A DNA stretch of 64,000 nt from Candidatus Poribacteria bacterium (lineage in GTDB: Bacteria > Poribacteria > WGA-4E > GCA-2687025): contig JAPPNK010000020.1 in NCBI GenBank assembly GCA_028818695.1, positions 64,632-128,631 on the forward strand, read 5' to 3'. Positions within the stretch are counted from its first letter, which is position 1. Every line of letters begins with the position of its first letter. Made by a program: the position numbers and the translations under genes. The notes below the pieces were generated by a model that was not told the origin of the DNA, made no database searches, and saw only the letters and a list, made by a program, of their open reading frames with translations. Positions 38,976 through 47,949 of this stretch are shown in pieces.

Positions 38976-40430
38976 ATGAGCCAAGCCCCGCATCCCAACA
39001 TCGTTTTCATACTGGCTGACGACATGGGTTACGGCGACGTCGGCTGCTACAACCCTGAGAGCAAGATACCGACGCCCAACATGGACAAACTGGCGGAAGA
39101 AGGGATGATCTTCACCGACGCGCACTCCCCTTCCGCCGTCTGCACGCCGACGCGCTACGGCCTCCTGACAGGGCGTTACTGCTGGCGGACGAGCCTGAAA
39201 AAGGGGGTGCTGTACGGCTACGAGCCGCCGCTCATCGAGACGGACAGGATGACGGTCGGAAAGCTGCTGCAAAACGCCGGCTATCACACCGCCTGCGTCG
39301 GCAAGTGGCATCTTGGGCTGGGTTACACTCCGAAAGAGGGCTGCGAGCTGAACTTTGACAGGCCCCTTCCATGGGGAAACGCGACGCGCGATTTTGAGGA
39401 GAAGGTGGACTTCTCCAAGCCGCTTTTCGGCGGTCCGAACGAGATCGGTTTCGACTACTTTTTCGGCTGCTCAGGCTGCCCGACATGTCAGCCGCCGTAC
39501 GGGTTCATCGAGAATGAGCGTTTTGTTGTGGAGCCGGATTTTTATGACGCGGAGCCTGCCTTCACCAGCAGAAAAGGGATGACCGCGCCCGGATGGGAGC
39601 ATTACAAGGCGGACCCCGCCTTCGCGGACAAGGCGGCTGAATACATCCATGAGCGCGCCGAATCTGATCAGCCGTTTTTCCTGTATCTTGCGCCCAGCGC
39701 GCCTCATGAGCCGTGCGTCGAGGGCGTTGTGCCGCCGTTTGCCCGCGGGAAGAGCGACGCCGGTCCGCGCGGCGACCTTGTCTGGCTCGTCGACTGGATG
39801 GTCGGGCGCGTCATGACGGCGCTGGAAGAGACGGGGCAGGCGGAAAACACGCTCGTGATCGCCTCCAGCGACAATGGCGCCCTCCCCGGCGACCGCATCC
39901 GCGGACGGCAGGGAATGGCAGGCTACAACACCTACGGGCATAAATCATGCGGCGACTGGCGCGGGTATAAGGCGCATATCTGGGAAGGCGGACACCGCGA
40001 GCCGTTCATCGCGCGCTGGCCTGGGCGAATCGAGGCGGGGAGCTCGTGCGGGCATCTGGTGTGCCTCACCGACTTTATCTCCGCCTGCGCGGAGATCGTT
40101 GATCAGCCGCTGCCGGACGGCGCCGCCGAGGATAGCGAGAGCCTGTTGCCGGCGCTGCTTCACGGCGACGACGCCCCTCCGATACGCTCCGATCTGATCC
40201 ATCACTCCTCAAACGGCGTCTTTTCGATACGAAAAGGCGAATGGAAATTGATCGTCGGGACGGAAGGATCGGGCGGATGGCCTCCTCCGAGCGGCGGCGG
40301 CCCGCAGGAGGGAGCGCCCGGTCAACTTTACCATATCGAAAACGATCCTCAAGAAAGCGAAAACTTGTGGGCGGAACGTCCCGAAATTGTGGCGCGGTTG
40401 TCGCGTCTTTTGGAAACGCGGCAAGGTTAA
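38976..40430 (+). CDS. Arylsulfatase (sulfatase family)
   Basis: 484 aa; sulfatase signature CTPTRYGLLTGRY (C-x-P-x-R formylglycine motif) and GKWHLG. Confidence 0.85.
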   Translation: MSQAPHPNIVFILADDMGYGDVGCYNPESKIPTPNMDKLAEEGMIFTDAHSPSAVCTPTRYGLLTGRYCWRTSLKKGVLYGYEPPLIETDRMTVGKLLQNAGYHTACVGKWHLGLGYTPKEGCELNFDRPLPWGNATRDFEEKVDFSKPLFGGPNEIGFDYFFGCSGCPTCQPPYGFIENERFVVEPDFYDAEPAFTSRKGMTAPGWEHYKADPAFADKAAEYIHERAESDQPFFLYLAPSAPHEPCVEGVVPPFARGKSDAGPRGDLVWLVDWMVGRVMTALEETGQAENTLVIASSDNGALPGDRIRGRQGMAGYNTYGHKSCGDWRGYKAHIWEGGHREPFIARWPGRIEAGSSCGHLVCLTDFISACAEIVDQPLPDGAAEDSESLLPALLHGDDAPPIRSDLIHHSSNGVFSIRKGEWKLIVGTEGSGGWPPPSGGGPQEGAPGQLYHIENDPQESENLWAERPEIVARLSRLLETRQG

Positions 40431-40499
40431 AAAATGGATGCGTTCTGCGGGGCGTTGTTGTAAACTAACAACGTTGACATCTGTAGCGGGGGCAATGCC

Positions 40500-41129
40500 A
40501 TGTTGATCGGATTATACTGGTTCGCCGCGATTTTGGGCGTCGGCGTCATCGTCATCGACATGCTGGGGCTATTGGGCGACGACGGGAACGGCATGGACGG
40601 CGGAGACGCAGGAGACGCCGGGGATGGAGACGGAGACGGCGGAGGCGAATCGGGGGGCGGCGGCTCTGCCGTCTTGTCGGTACTGCGTTTCATGCGCATC
40701 TTCATCTATTTCTGCGTCGGCTTTGGGCCGTTTGGTCTGGCGGCGATGGCGTTCGGCTCGCCACCGCTGGTTTCGCTTCTCTGGGCATTGGGAGCGGGGG
40801 CGGCGTCGGCGTTTTTGGCGCGTCTCTTCTTTCGATTCCAGCGTACAGACCTGGATTCGAGCCTGCAGGAGGAGGAACTGCTTTTTGAAAGGGCGACGGT
40901 GATTGTGCCGATACCGGCAGGCGGCGGCATGGGCAAGGTGCGCGTGCGCGTCGGTCAGCTGGTAGCGGAACGGTACGCTGTCTCGGAGAATTCGGAGGAA
41001 AGTTTCGGTCTCGATGACATCGTGAGCGTGGCGCGCGTGACGGACGACTGCGTGTATGTCCGCCGTTACGACGCGCTTGAGAATCGCTCCGACAACACAC
41101 TTAAGGAGGAACCCGATGGGAATAACTGA
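40500..41129 (+). CDS. NfeD-like membrane protein (partner of SPFH/flotillin proteins)
   Basis: N-terminal TM segments, Gly/Asp-rich linker, C-terminal OB-fold-like region (GKVRVRVGQLVAERYAV); directly upstream of two SPFH-domain genes. Confidence 0.6.
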   Translation: MLIGLYWFAAILGVGVIVIDMLGLLGDDGNGMDGGDAGDAGDGDGDGGGESGGGGSAVLSVLRFMRIFIYFCVGFGPFGLAAMAFGSPPLVSLLWALGAGAASAFLARLFFRFQRTDLDSSLQEEELLFERATVIVPIPAGGGMGKVRVRVGQLVAERYAVSENSEESFGLDDIVSVARVTDDCVYVRRYDALENRSDNTLKEEPDGNN

Positions 41130-42486
41130 GTTCATCTCAAGTCAGCTCACTTCGAGCTTTGGCGGCTTTTTCGCTGTCATTGCCTTTTTCTTTATGATTG
41201 TCATGTTGAAGGCTCTCATTCGCGTCTGTCCGCCGAATCAGGTGCTGGTGGTGACAGGCGTTAAAACGAAGCAGCATGGACGGGAATACGGTTTTCGTCT
41301 TCAGCGCGGCGGATGGACATTTGTGGTGCCGTTTTTTCAAAGCGCGCAGGGGCTGGACCTCGGCACAATACCGATCGATGTGCAAGTGGAGGGGGTCAAC
41401 TCCGCCAACGGAATCACCGTCGGCGCGGACGCGACCGCCTGCGTCTGCGTCGATCATGAGGATGACGCGCTGCTCTATTCCGCTGTGGAGCGGTTGATGG
41501 GCAAGACGCGCGCGGAGGTGAGAGACCAGATCCAGCAGACGATGGTCGGGAACTTCCGCGGTGCTCTCAACAAGACGACGCCGCTTCAGGCGATCGGAAT
41601 GCTGGAGAGTGTTGACGAGGACGACCGGATCGGCGAGGAACTGACGCGGGTCGATGCGGACGGCGCGGAAGGGGAGCGGGCGCAGTTCAGAGCGGAACTT
41701 TTGCGCGACAGCAACCAGGACCTTAGCACGTTTGGGATGCGCGTTGTGTCGGTATCGCTTCAAAAGATTTGGGACACATCCAATTACATCGCCAACCTCG
41801 CCAACAAGACCTTGTCGCGCAAGCGGCAGGAGGTGGAGATTGAAGAGGCGCGGTTGAAGGCGCAGGCGGAGCGGGCGGAATCGGACGCGAAGCGGCGCGA
41901 GACGGTCGCAGAGAACACTGCGACGGAGGAGATCATCGCTGCGCAGCAGGAGCTGGAGGTGCTTCGGCGCGAATGCTCAGGGAAGGTTGAAAAGGCGAAG
42001 CTGGAAGCGGACAGCGCCATTGAGCGCTCGCAGAGCGAGGCTGACCGCGCTGTCCAGGAAGCGGCGGTGGAGCTGCAGAAGCTGAAGAACGAGTCGGACA
42101 TCACCTTAGAAGCGGACTCGAAACGGGAGGCGGCAGAGATCCTTTCTCAAGGTCAACAGTTGGCTGTGCAGATTGTGGAATCGACGCATAACGATCTGCT
42201 GGATCAGAAATCGCAGCTGTTGGCGGAAGCGGGCGCGGCGGGTCGAATCGCCCTGTTTGTTCAGCAGCGTTTGCCGACGCTTTTCAAGGCGTATGAGACC
42301 CATGCCAGAGATCAGAAGATCAACAATATCGTTGTGATGGACAGCGAGCGCGGGGTGAACGGCGTCGTGAACCGCGGTCCAGAGGCGTTTGTCGATTTCC
42401 TGCAGACATTTGAAGAAGGGTTTGGCATCAGCGTCAAGGAGCTGCTCGCGCAAACCGAGTCGGATCATCGGGAGGACAGGTCATGA
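41116..42486 (+). CDS. Flotillin-like SPFH/band-7 domain protein
   Basis: Start at ATG after AAGGAGG RBS; N-terminal TM, SPFH domain, long coiled-coil Glu/Ala-rich region. Confidence 0.8.
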   Translation: MGITEFISSQLTSSFGGFFAVIAFFFMIVMLKALIRVCPPNQVLVVTGVKTKQHGREYGFRLQRGGWTFVVPFFQSAQGLDLGTIPIDVQVEGVNSANGITVGADATACVCVDHEDDALLYSAVERLMGKTRAEVRDQIQQTMVGNFRGALNKTTPLQAIGMLESVDEDDRIGEELTRVDADGAEGERAQFRAELLRDSNQDLSTFGMRVVSVSLQKIWDTSNYIANLANKTLSRKRQEVEIEEARLKAQAERAESDAKRRETVAENTATEEIIAAQQELEVLRRECSGKVEKAKLEADSAIERSQSEADRAVQEAAVELQKLKNESDITLEADSKREAAEILSQGQQLAVQIVESTHNDLLDQKSQLLAEAGAAGRIALFVQQRLPTLFKAYETHARDQKINNIVVMDSERGVNGVVNRGPEAFVDFLQTFEEGFGISVKELLAQTESDHREDRS

Positions 42487-43775
42487 CCGCTTTTGGCATC
42501 ATCTTCGGCGTACTGATCGTCATTTCGCTTCTTTTTCAGTTGGTCACCAAAATGAAGCTGGTCGGGGCGGACGAGTTAGCGATCGTCGCCGGCAAGGGCA
42601 AAGATTTTTCATCCATACGCGGGGGGCGCGTGTTCGTCTTCCCGTTGATACACCGGTTCTTCCGCATGGACATGCGCCCCCGCACGACGAGCGTGCGCGT
42701 TGAATCGGCGATTGCAGCCGGCATCGTTCCGCTGACGGTCGAAGCGACGGTCAGCTTTGCGGTGGCTTCTTCCGTGGCCGGTCAGCGCAACGCCATCCGG
42801 CGCATTCTCAATTTGACAAGCTCTTGGGACGAGTTGACGCGAATCGCCACCGGCATCATTGAGGGGCATCTGCGCGACTCGATCGCCACGATGACGCCTG
42901 AAGAGGTCATGACGGACAAGGATCAGCTTGTTCAGAACATGATCAGCGTCTGTAAAGCGGACCTGGAGGGTATCGGCATTGAGATCACCGCGATGAACAT
43001 CGCCGATGTGGACGATCATCGTCTTGAGGGCGTTGAGGAGCCGGAGCTGTATATCGCGTTGTTGAAGCGGATTCAGTCGGCGAATGCGGAGTCGCAGTCG
43101 AGGGCGGCGCAGGCGCAGGCGCGCGCGTCCGCGAAGGAGGAAGCGGAGACGCGCCGGGCGGAGGTGGCCGTGCGCGACGCGGAAAACTCCAAAGAAAGCC
43201 TGTTGGCGGAGACGCGGGTTGAGGTCGCCCAGGAGACGCAGCGCAGCGCCATCGGCGTCCAAGAAGCGCAGCGGAACGCCGAAGCGAAAGCTGCAGGGAT
43301 ACGGGCGCAGATTGAGGCGGAACGGCAGCGCATTGAGATGTTGCGCGAAAAATACCGCGCCGAGATTCTAATTCCCGCCGAGGCGGAACGCGACCGAATG
43401 GAGATGGAAGCGAAAGGGGAAGCGGCAGAAATACGCGGACGCGCTCAGGCAGAAATCGATGAATTGAAGCGGACGGTTCAGATCCTGCAGGAAGGCGGGC
43501 GCGACAGCCTTTCCGCCTATATCATCGAAAACTTTGAGAAGTTTATCGAGCCGTTCTCGCAGACCTTGTCGCTCTACCCGGCTGAAAATGTGACGATCAT
43601 CACCGGCGCGGGAGGATCGCATCAGCCCATTTCGGCGGTTCATCCGCATCCGATAGAGGAGGAGAAGGCGCGCCTGCTTCATCAGGCGATTGGCGCCGTT
43701 ACATCCGCCGCGCTTCCGCAGATTGAAGAGGAAGGCGGCGAAGAGCGCGGCGGCAAAACGGAGCCGGCGTCTTAA
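42483..43775 (+). CDS. Second flotillin-like SPFH/band-7 domain protein
   Basis: 430 aa; N-terminal TM, SPFH-like domain, EA-rich coiled-coil repeats; start overlaps the upstream stop (ATGA). Confidence 0.75.
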   Translation: MTAFGIIFGVLIVISLLFQLVTKMKLVGADELAIVAGKGKDFSSIRGGRVFVFPLIHRFFRMDMRPRTTSVRVESAIAAGIVPLTVEATVSFAVASSVAGQRNAIRRILNLTSSWDELTRIATGIIEGHLRDSIATMTPEEVMTDKDQLVQNMISVCKADLEGIGIEITAMNIADVDDHRLEGVEEPELYIALLKRIQSANAESQSRAAQAQARASAKEEAETRRAEVAVRDAENSKESLLAETRVEVAQETQRSAIGVQEAQRNAEAKAAGIRAQIEAERQRIEMLREKYRAEILIPAEAERDRMEMEAKGEAAEIRGRAQAEIDELKRTVQILQEGGRDSLSAYIIENFEKFIEPFSQTLSLYPAENVTIITGAGGSHQPISAVHPHPIEEEKARLLHQAIGAVTSAALPQIEEEGGEERGGKTEPAS

Positions 43776-43796
43776 GTCGGCATGCGCTGCGCGGTC

Positions 43797-43831
43797 GGGA
43801 GCTCTTTAACCGATAATCTAAAGAGCTCTCC
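43797..43831 (+). terminator. Stem-loop after flotillin operon (putative terminator or attenuator)
   Basis: Inverted repeat GAGCTCTTTA ... TAAAGAGCTC (10-11 bp stem) just after the stop; no clear U-tract, so weak. Confidence 0.3.
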
Positions 43832-43861
43832 GACGGCGCCGCATTTAAAAAAGGAGAGAGG

Positions 43862-44204
43862 TATGAGCGAGACTAAAAATTTCAAAGTGAGCGTCACGAT
43901 TGCAGGGTCGACGACGTCGCTTCTTTTCGTGACGATCATTTGGTGTACCTGCGCCGCGCCTTACAATGAGATGCGGGAAGCGACGCTGGACGCCGCTGAA
44001 GCCAATGTGTACCTGACAGCCATGGACACGGAGCAAGAAGGGTTAGACGGCATCCGCATCGATAAGATGACGTTTGCCAAGATGGAATCGGACTTTCAGG
44101 CGAAGCGCTATAGAGCGGTGAAAGCGTACGAGCGGATGCCGTTTTATGTGAAGTGGTTCGCAGAGCGTCCTGAGGATCATATCGACAACGCCGCCCTCAA
44201 ATGA
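43862..44204 (+). CDS. Small hypothetical protein
   Basis: 113 aa ORF preceded by AAGGAGAGAGG RBS; no recognisable motif. Confidence 0.4.
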
Positions 44205-44213
44205 CCGCCGCGC

Positions 44214-45113
44214 TCACTTTTTCGCGTCAGGCTCTTTTTCCATGTTGAACGGCGAATCTATGCTGCGGGATTGATCAAGCCATGACGGGAGGCCGTTTTT
44301 GAACGGGTAGCTCCATGCCGTTTCATAGAGGCGCGCCGTAAAACGCGCGGCGGCGCGCATGCGTTCCACCGCAAACTCGCGCGGCAGCTTCTCCTCATTG
44401 TCGTAGACAAAATCGATCAGCTCGCGCGAGGCGTGAATCTCTTCCACGATGCCTTTAAACAGCTCCTCAAACGGCTCAACAGGCTCCGTCAGCGCGAAAT
44501 CGTCCGCGGTCAGCTCCAGCTTTTCAGGCAGGCCGTCCACCTTCGCGTGGATGCCCGTATGAGGCGACGATCCGTCTGGGTTCGCCCTTCCGTCGTAATG
44601 CACGGTGCAGTGGAGCGGATTGCACAAATCCGCAGCGTAATGGGACAGAATGCCCGCGATATAGAGCGTCTTGAACCGAATATACTGGTTGTCGGGATAG
44701 CGGCGATGCTCTTCAAAAGCGAAGGCGAGCCGCTGCGTCCATTCGATGATCGCGTACGGCAGCGTTCCCGTTATGGCGGGATTGATGCCTAGCTCTTGGC
44801 AGAGGCGGTAGTATGCGTAGCGGGTTGGGGGCAGTTTGCGCCCTTTGAGCAGCTCCAAATCGATGAAATGTTCGGGGCGTTCGGCGTCTCTTAAGGCGGG
44901 GGCGTCGCGTCCGCGTATGATGTCGGGGTCGATGGACGCATGCGCAATCAGCCCTTCTCCCTCTCGGAAAAACGCTGGAAGCTGTTCAGACGGGGCGCGG
45001 GCCGCCGCTTTAACCGTTTCCACATGCGCCCCCGCCCACCATGCGCGAGCCGCGTCATATGGCAAAAGGGAGGAGGCAAAGGCGACCGCGAAAAACAAGA
45101 GAGCGCGTTTCAT
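44214..45113 (-). CDS. S1/P1 nuclease-family zinc-dependent hydrolase, secreted
   Basis: Signal peptide then W-x4-H (AWWAGAH) at the predicted mature N-terminus and H-xxx-D-xxx-PLH block (HYAADLCNPLH) as recalled for S1/P1 nucleases; phospholipase C-like alternative not excluded. Confidence 0.6.
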   Translation of the reverse strand: MKRALLFFAVAFASSLLPYDAARAWWAGAHVETVKAAARAPSEQLPAFFREGEGLIAHASIDPDIIRGRDAPALRDAERPEHFIDLELLKGRKLPPTRYAYYRLCQELGINPAITGTLPYAIIEWTQRLAFAFEEHRRYPDNQYIRFKTLYIAGILSHYAADLCNPLHCTVHYDGRANPDGSSPHTGIHAKVDGLPEKLELTADDFALTEPVEPFEELFKGIVEEIHASRELIDFVYDNEEKLPREFAVERMRAAARFTARLYETAWSYPFKNGLPSWLDQSRSIDSPFNMEKEPDAKK

Positions 45114-45154
45114 TGATATCCTTTCGATTTTTTGACGCGGCGATTCATCTCGGC

Positions 45155-45577
45155 TTATGCGTCCTCTTTAGGCGGCCATTCAGCAAAGAGAGCCTGTATG
45201 CGTTTCTGTATTTCATCGCGGACGGCGCGGAAGCCGTTTAAAATATCGTCGTCGGTTCCGCCTTTCCCCGCCGGGTCGGGGAGCGGCCAGGCGGCAAGTT
45301 TTACGGGGCGCGGAAAGACGGGGCATACCTCTTCGACGCACAGCGTGATCGCCATATCGATCTTGTCGATGGGGATGTCGTCAACGCCTTTAGAGTACTG
45401 GTCGGACGGGTCGATGCCGATTTCTTTGAGAGCTTCGACAGCGTACGGGTTGACTCGGCTGGGGCGGCTGCCGGCGCTGAACACCTGGACGCCTTCGGGC
45501 GCGGCGTTTCGGGCGATCGCTTCAGCCATCTGGCTTCGGGCGGAATTGGCGACGCACATAAACAGCAGGCGCGTCAT
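45155..45577 (-). CDS. Low-molecular-weight phosphotyrosine phosphatase / ArsC-type arsenate reductase family protein
   Basis: P-loop CVANSARS (C-x5-R) at N-terminus; 140 aa. Confidence 0.7.
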   Translation of the reverse strand: MTRLLFMCVANSARSQMAEAIARNAAPEGVQVFSAGSRPSRVNPYAVEALKEIGIDPSDQYSKGVDDIPIDKIDMAITLCVEEVCPVFPRPVKLAAWPLPDPAGKGGTDDDILNGFRAVRDEIQKRIQALFAEWPPKEDA

Positions 45578-45996
45578 GTTCTCTTCTCCGATTCGTCTTG
45601 TAGAAAGCCGATGTCTCGCAGATGCTGCGGGTAAAGTTTCATAGCGGGTTTCAGGAGCGGTATGAGCGCGATCATCTTTTTGAGCGGTCCGCGGTAGGCG
45701 ATGCGTCCGGCGAGCGTTTCCGCCAGAACGTTCAGCTCGCCCATCCAGAATTGGTGCGCCAGATCGGCGGGCATGCTCAGTTCGATGTCGGGGGCGGGTC
45801 CTTCTTCGCCGAAGCGTATTTCGTTGACGCCCTTGCGCGTGTCGATGGAGATGACAGCGTTCGGATCAACGCATCGGAATCGCGCGACCATGTCGGCGTC
45901 GGCGGCCAGTTTATAAAGTTCAGGGTTTTGCTTTATTTTTTGGAGCAGTCCGCCGACGCAAGCATAAAACTGATCCGAATCCTTAAAAACGCTCAT
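45574..45996 (-). CDS. SCP2 sterol-binding domain protein
   Basis: Start at internal Met MSVFKDS; size and hydrophobic pattern consistent with SCP2 fold; weak. Confidence 0.5.
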   Translation of the reverse strand: MSVFKDSDQFYACVGGLLQKIKQNPELYKLAADADMVARFRCVDPNAVISIDTRKGVNEIRFGEEGPAPDIELSMPADLAHQFWMGELNVLAETLAGRIAYRGPLKKMIALIPLLKPAMKLYPQHLRDIGFLQDESEKRT

Positions 45997-46181
45997 TGAG
46001 CATCGTCTCCTTATGCTGTGAATCTGCTTCAAGAGAAAGTGTAGCGTTGCGAGCCGCATTTTGAAAGGCTTTGTCTGCTGATCCTAAGGCTTTGTTGGGC
46101 AGGTCGGCATGCGAACGCGGACGTCGTCTGTTGGACTCTAGATTCTCTCCCTGTTTCCACAAGGAAATGGCTTGAGCGGGA

Positions 46182-47159
46182 ATGCGTCGCTGCGGCTTTT
46201 CCGTTGGTTATTGCGGTTCTTTCGCAATGTCCCACTTTAGGCATGAGGTCGGAAGCGGGCAGTTGGCAAAGCGGCGATTTTACTTTAACATAGAGAAACG
46301 GACGAATGAGGGCTGCCGATTGAAACAAAGCTCGACACAGGATCATTACGCCGCGCTGGGCGTTTCAAGAGACGCCTCGGAGCAGGAGATACGCGGCGCC
46401 TTCCGGACGCTGGCGAAGCGGAGGCATCCAGACAAAAACCGCGGCAATCCGCGCGCCCATGCGCTGTTTGAAGAGATCGTAGAAGCGTATCGAACCTTGA
46501 CCGATGAAGCGAAACGGCGCAACTACGACCGCGAAACGAAACCCCGCCCTGAAACGCCCCATACCCTGTGTTACGACCTCTTCGCGCTCCTTCTGGCGGA
46601 GCAGCCCGAAGAGGCGCTGGAGACGCTCGATAAACTGCTGATGCGCCTCAAGGCGTCCGTTTGCGCGCTCAATCTGCGTCTGTATCTGAACGAGGAGGAC
46701 GCGGCAGACTGCGAGTTTCTCATGGCTGAAGCGCTGGAAAACGCCGGGCAGCGCGACGAGGCGGTCTTGCTGTATGAACGCAGCCTGATGCGAGAGGCGC
46801 GCCGCCCCCACTTCCGCAAGTTTGCCGAAGAGATACGACTGCGCCTGCGCCGCTTGCGTTTCGACAGGCTCGTCGAAAAGGCGGGCGGAGAAGCCGGCAG
46901 GCAGATGAAGCCGAGACAAGCGCTGGAGCCGATTTTTGAGCTCGGCGCGACGAATAAGCAGCGGGCGGATTACTGTCAAAAACTGGCGGACGCCCTCAAA
47001 GAGGCGGGGCATATGAAATCGGCGCGCCGCTTTCTGGACGAAGCGCGCTGTTTCTCAACCGTTCTCTTTAACAAGAAGTCTCTCCCCTCTCAAAACGGCG
47101 CGCCGCGCCCAGAAGCGGAGGAACGACACGCCGAACTACAAGCTGACGCTGGAATATGA
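46182..47159 (+). CDS. J-domain (DnaJ-like) protein with alpha-helical C-terminal region
   Basis: Canonical J domain DHYAALGVSRDASEQEIRGAFRTLAKRRHPDKN; start codon uncertain. Confidence 0.65.
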   Translation: MRRCGFSVGYCGSFAMSHFRHEVGSGQLAKRRFYFNIEKRTNEGCRLKQSSTQDHYAALGVSRDASEQEIRGAFRTLAKRRHPDKNRGNPRAHALFEEIVEAYRTLTDEAKRRNYDRETKPRPETPHTLCYDLFALLLAEQPEEALETLDKLLMRLKASVCALNLRLYLNEEDAADCEFLMAEALENAGQRDEAVLLYERSLMREARRPHFRKFAEEIRLRLRRLRFDRLVEKAGGEAGRQMKPRQALEPIFELGATNKQRADYCQKLADALKEAGHMKSARRFLDEARCFSTVLFNKKSLPSQNGAPRPEAEERHAELQADAGI

Positions 47160-47937
47160 CGGAACCGATTACGCCGGCTGGCAGGCGCAAACGAACGCTC
47201 TCGCCGTTCAGACGGTTGTTGAACGGGCGGTTGAGCGCGTCATGAAGATCGACGTCAGGATCATCGGCGCGGGGCGAACCGACGCGGGCGTCCACGCCAG
47301 CGGACAGACCGCCAACTTCCGCTCCCCCGTTCGCATCCCGCCGGCGGGACTCAAACGCGCCCTGAACGGAGCCTTGCCGAGCGACATCTCGGTTCGGTCG
47401 GCTGAAATCGTCCCCGATACGTTCCACGCCCGCTTCGACGCCTTGAGCCGAACCTATGAGTACACGATTTTGAACCGCCCTGAACCGTCCGCGCTGCTGG
47501 CTCGGTATGTGTGGAATTGGGGGAAGCGGCTCTCTGCGCCGGTATGGAGCGCCATGTGCGCCGAGCTGGTCGGAGAGTTCGATTTTGCGTCGTTTCAAAA
47601 AACAGGCGGATCAATCCGCTCAACTGTGCGGCGAATCCATGAATGCGTCTGCTTCCGCGAGGGCGGTCTGGTGAAGACGCGCGTCAAGGCGAACGGCTTT
47701 CTGCGCGGCATGGTTCGCGCAATGGTCGGAACCTTCCGCTGGATCGCGCCTGACGAGAGCGTCGGCAAGGCGGAAGCGGCGGAGCGTTTGCGAGCCGTTT
47801 TGGCGGCGCGCGGCAGATCGGCGGCAGGTCCGTCGGCGCCCGCGCGCGGGTTATGCCTCGTCAATGTCGATTATGCAACCGAAGGCAATGAGCTGTCGTT
47901 TATTAAAACGGGCGCGGAGCGCCGCGGTGAAGGTTGA
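47143..47937 (+). CDS. truA: tRNA pseudouridine(38-40) synthase TruA (start codon unresolved)
   Basis: TruA blocks LTLEYDGTDYAGWQAQ, IGAGRTDAGVHASGQ, FDF, GFLRGMVRAMVG. No ATG/GTG/TTG between the in-frame upstream stop (about 47014) and the conserved N-terminal block; 5' end overlaps the J-domain gene. Confidence 0.8.
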   Translation: MTLEYDGTDYAGWQAQTNALAVQTVVERAVERVMKIDVRIIGAGRTDAGVHASGQTANFRSPVRIPPAGLKRALNGALPSDISVRSAEIVPDTFHARFDALSRTYEYTILNRPEPSALLARYVWNWGKRLSAPVWSAMCAELVGEFDFASFQKTGGSIRSTVRRIHECVCFREGGLVKTRVKANGFLRGMVRAMVGTFRWIAPDESVGKAEAAERLRAVLAARGRSAAGPSAPARGLCLVNVDYATEGNELSFIKTGAERRGEG

Positions 47938-47949
47938 GGATGCGCTTAG

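Noticed and set aside
40569-41135. 188-aa and other minus-strand ORFs across the NfeD gene
   Set aside because: Antisense to the NfeD-like gene; the Gly/Asp-rich repetitive DNA creates open frames on both strands.
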